From Cetorhinus maximus (taxonomy: Eukaryota): 64,000 nt of DNA. The DNA lies in the NCBI RefSeq assembly GCF_964194155.1, contig NC_135895.1:94054001-94118000 (forward strand), in the 5' to 3' direction. The notes beneath the pieces were generated by a model that saw only the letters and a program-made list of their open reading frames with translations, was not told the origin of the DNA and did no database searches. The position numbers and the translations under genes are program-made. Positions within the stretch are counted from its first letter, which is position 1; each line of letters starts with the position of its first letter. This document shows positions 60,017 to 64,000 of the stretch, piece by piece.

Positions 60017-63000
60017 ATGGGTTTAAAGATTGTATCCATAAATGTGCGTAGCATTAAATCTACTACGCGATGTGTTGCGACCTTGGACTACCTAGCCAAG
60101 GTCAAAGCTGACCTGTTGTTTCTGCAGGAGTGTGCGATACCGCACCTCAGCTCCTACAGGCAATGGCCACGATGGTGGTCCCATGGGCCATCGATCTGGT
60201 CGGGCGGAAATGACTCTCGTTCCTCCGGCCTGGGTATTCTGCTGCGGGGAGGCAACTTCACCGTCTCCGAGGTTAAGGAGGTGGTGGGCGGGCGCCTCCT
60301 CGTAGCAGACGTAATGTGCAAGAACGCTCCACTCCGGTTAATTAACGTGTATGGCCCGGCACAAGGGGCTGAGCGGCTGGAGGTTTTTCAGCAGCTCCCA
60401 CTGCTGCTGGCGACCTCCAGGCCGGTCATTCTGGGCGGTGACTTCAACTGCATCATCAATGCGGCTGGACGATCCAGCAGGGCCGGCAGCAGATTGGACG
60501 CTACGTCCAGATCCCTGATGGAAACAGTTAAGGATGCCAAGCTGCACGACGTCTTCAGCAACCCTGCAGACGGAGCGCAGCGTAGATACACCTGGTCGCG
60601 GCCAGACGGGTCCATTCGTTCCAGGATAGACTTCCTGTTTGTGTCCCGTGCATTCACAGTCAGATCCACCGAGGTCAAGCCGGTGTTCTTCTCTGACCAC
60701 TGCCTCCTACTGGCGGACTGCCACTTGGAGAAGGACCTGAGGGTGGGCAGGGGGGCATGGAAGCTAAATGTGCAACTGCTGACCCCAGAGAACATTGAGG
60801 AGCTCAAGAGGGATTACAAAGGTTGGAGAACCGTGAAACCCCTCTTTGAGTCCCTGACACACTGGTGGGAAGCGATCAAGGGAAGCATCAAGAGGTTTTT
60901 CATCCTCAAAGGCACCCAGAAAGCTAGAAAGGAACAGAGGGAAATGTCCCGACTCCAGAAAAACATGCAGAATCTGCTCCGGCTGCAGTCGATGGGGGTC
61001 GATGTCAAGGAGGAGCTCCAAGAGGTGAAGAGCCAGCAAGCCTCGCACTTTGCCTCGGAGGCCTCCAAGATCATCTTCCGTTCCAGAGTCCGCTCCGTGG
61101 AGCAGGATGAGACGTGCTCACGTTTCTTCTTCCAAAAGGTACACAGAGAGAGCTCTGTGATCAGCAGCCTGAAGGAAGAAGACGGCTCAGTAAAGTCATC
61201 ACGGTCCGACATTCTGAGGATCAGCAAATCCTTTTATGCCGGATTGTATGACGTGAAGCCCACGGACAGCACGGCCTCCCAGTCCTTCCTGTCCTCTATC
61301 ACGGAGGTCTTAGACGACAGTACGCGGGAGAGCCTGGACAAACCGCTAACTCCTGATGAACTGACTAAGGCCCTTGAGTCCTTCGAGAAGAGTAAAACTC
61401 CCGGAAGCGACGGCTTGCCGGCGGAGTTGTATTCGGCTCTGTGGGACTTGATCGGCCCAGACCTGCTAGGAGTGTACGAGAGTATGCTCCTGGCCGGCAG
61501 CATGTCAGAATCCATGAGGAAAGGCATCATCACCCTCATCTACAAGCACAAGGGGGAAAGGGAGGAAATTAGAAATTGGCGACCCATTTCACTGTTGAAT
61601 GTGGACTATAAGATTCTGTCCAAGGTCATCGCCAATCGGGTCAAATCCGCTCTGGAATTGGCGATTCACCCTGACCAGACTTGCTCTGTGCCAGGCAGGA
61701 AGATCTCTGACAGCCTGGCGCTGCTCAGGGATACGATTGCCTATGTACAGGACAGGGGTGTGGATACCTGCCTCATCAGCTTGGATCAGGAGAAGGCCTT
61801 TGACAGAATATCGCACACCTACATGGGGGATGTGCTCTCCAAAATGGGCTTTGGGGAGGGAATTCGAAATTGGATCCAACTGCTCTACACTAACATCAGT
61901 AGCGCAGTCTCAATCAATGGGTGGGAAACAGATAGCTTTCCGATTAAATCTGGAGTCAGACAGGGCTGTCCTCTCTCGCCTGTTCTTTTCGTGTGTTGCA
62001 TAGAACCCTTTGCCGAGTCCATCAGGAAGGATCCGGGCATAAGAGGAGTGACGATCCCAGGCAGTGGAGGCACTCAGGTAAAAGCCTCCCTGTACATGGA
62101 CGACGTCGCCGTCTTCTGCTCGGATCCGCTGTCGGTGCGCAGACTGATGCACATCTGCGACCAGTTCGAACTGGCCTCGGGAGCCAAGGTAAATCGTGGG
62201 AAGAGCGAGGCCATGTTCTTTGGGAACTGGGCTGACCGATCCTTTGTCCCCTTCACTGTCAGGGCTGACGGCCTGAAGGTGCTGGGGATATGGTTCGGAG
62301 GGACCAGGGCATGCGTTAGAAACTGGAAGGAGCGAGTGGCTATGGTGAAAAGGAAACTGGGCATGTGGGAGCGACGCTCCCTCTCCATTGCGGGTAAGAA
62401 CCTGGTCATCAGGTGTGAGGCACTCTCGCTGTTGCTGTACGTGGCGCAGGTCTGGCCCATTCCAGACTCCTGCGCGATGGCGATCACTCGAGCCATCTTC
62501 CGCTTTATCTGGAGGTCGAAAATGGATCATGTCCGCAGGGACGCGATGTACAAGCCTCTAGATAAAGGGGGAAAAAACGTGCCCAACATCGCCCTCATAC
62601 TGATGGCCACCTTTGTGTGTGGCTGTATCAAGCGGTGCGTAGACCCTCAGTACGCAAACACCAAGTGTCACTACGTGCTGAGGTTCTACCTGTCCCCGGT
62701 GTTGCGAAGGATGGGTCTTGCCACGCTGCCGCGGAATGCTCCAAGTAGTTGGACCGTGCCGTACCACCTGTCCCTGGTGGAAAAATTTATGCAGAAAAAC
62801 ACCTTTGACCACAAGTCCATCAGGCAGTGGTCAGCACGTAACGTCCTAGAGGCCCTGAGGGAAAAGGAGAGGGTGGACCCTGTGGGATGGTTCCCCGAGC
62901 AGACTGTCAAAGTCATTTGGCAGAATGCCTCATCGCCAGAACTTTCCAACAAGCACCAAGACGTAGCTTGGCTGGTGGTGAGAAAGGCCCTCCCCGTCAG

Positions 63001-63417
63001 ATCCTTCCTACAGGCCAGGAGTCTCACCCCCTCTGCACGTTGCCCTCGAGGTGGCTGTGGTGGGGAAGAGACCGTTGTTCACCTCCTTGTGCCTTTGCAA
63101 AGAAAGTCTGGAGAGAGATGCAGTGGTTGCTGTCGAGGTTCATCCCGAGCAGTTCTGTGACACAGGACTCTGTGCTCTACGGGGTGTTCCCAGGGACACA
63201 CACCGAGACAAACATCAACTGCAGCTGGAGGATCATCAACTCGGTGAAAGACGCGCTTTGGTCTGCCCGAAACTTGTTGGTCTTCCAGCACAAAGAGTTG
63301 TCCCCGACCGATTGTTGCGGACTGGCACAATCCAAAGTCCAGGACTACGTGCTGAGGGACGCACTAAAGCTTGGGGCAGCTGCCGCAAAGGCGCACTGGG
63401 GAAGGGTCGCTGTGTAA
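60017..63417 (+). CDS. Tx1 ORF2p: APE endonuclease + reverse transcriptase + C-terminal CCHC; single frameshift at ~63090
   Basis: SINVRSI, LFLQE, LGGDFN, SRIDFLF, FSDH; KTPGSDG, NWRPISLLNVDYKI, DQEKAFD, GVRQGCPLSP, YMDD; the C-terminus CAFAKKVW..WGRVAV* continues in another frame to 63417. Confidence 0.92.
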
Positions 63418-63621
63418 GACCTTTCTGCCACAGCGCACTGAGAGACTGGGAACTGTTTAAATCCCCTCGGGCTGTACAGCTCAAAATGAAAGGCTGTAAA
63501 TGATTGTAATATTGTTTGTACTGATGCACCTGGTGATACATTTTGTGAAAGTTTAACCTGGATTGTACCCTTGTAATGGTGTTTTTGAAATGGTTTGGAA
63601 TGTGATCGAAGATATTTTATG

Positions 63622-63654
63622 AATAAAGTATATTTTTGCAAAAAAAAAAAAAAA
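63622..63654 (+). terminator. Polyadenylation signal and poly(A) tail of the Tx1 element
   Basis: AATAAA at 63622-63627; A15 at 63640-63654, partly shared with the TSD. Confidence 0.9.
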
Positions 63655-64000
63655 CTGCCTTCCCTACAGCTTACCTAGTGCTGGCCAATGTTCCTTCCAA
63701 TGCTGGCCAGGGACCTCCTGTCACCGACAATTATGCTTCCACTCGCTGGAAACAGGCAACTGAGCAAATACACAAAGATGAGATTCAGGGAATAAAATTG
63801 ACTAGACTACAGTTGCTGAGGTCATGGGTTTTGGCACTCACCTCGATCCCCTGCCTGCCTGATTCCCACTCCAGGTTAAAATTGGGCCTCATGCATTTAC
63901 ACTAAGGGTACTAGCATGCTCTACTTGGATTGAGACCACTAATTGATATAATTTCCACACAGCCAGCACTCTCTTTAACTTTGCTATACAGTCTTCAAGA

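Larger units (their letters stand above)
58410..63650 (+). mobile_element. Full-length Tx1 (L1-group) non-LTR retrotransposon with snRNA-derived 5' end
   Basis: TSD aaaactgccttccct at 58395-58409 and 63651-63665; ORF1 + ORF2; AATAAA at 63622 and poly(A) tail. Confidence 0.95.
57988..63889. mobile_element. Harbinger-type MITE split by the Tx1 LINE
   Basis: TIRs aggcctgattttaac (57988-58002) and gttaaaattgggcct (63875-63889), 13/15 complementary. Confidence 0.6.

Noticed and set aside
59297-62530. Long antisense and alternative-frame ORFs inside the Tx1 element
   Set aside because: These are typical shadows of GC-rich coding sequence, with no motifs.

Overview
Eukaryotic, repeat-dense vertebrate DNA, most likely from a shark or other cartilaginous fish. 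This is inferred from SacSINE1/DeuSINE-like SINEs, several CR1 subfamilies, Penelope-derived elements and Harbinger MITEs. No prokaryotic genes, CRISPR arrays, rRNA or intact tRNA genes were seen, and no host protein gene was confidently recognised; there are only a few weak minus-strand exon candidates. Main contents: (1) A young, full-length Tx1/L1-clade LINE (58410-63650) with a 15-bp TSD, a ZCCHC3-like ORF1, and an APE+RT ORF2 with one late frameshift. Its entire ~43-nt 5' UTR looks like a U2 snRNA 5' fragment fused to a U1 snRNA fragment, and the U1-like part supplies the likely ORF1 ATG. It sits inside a MITE, not in an snRNA gene. (2) A full-length two-gene Harbinger transposon (24964-29845) nested in a CR1, two older Harbinger relics and many Harbinger-type MITEs down to 44 bp. 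(3) Two families of Penelope-like elements with inverted pseudo-LTRs carrying minimal hammerhead-ribozyme motifs. (4) Many CR1 copies, including one near full-length with an esterase ORF1 and one young copy with a 381-codon open frame, plus solo LTRs, SINEs and small duplications. Family assignments come from motif recognition by eye and from memory of reference sequences; no database searches were run. Boundaries of old elements are approximate.
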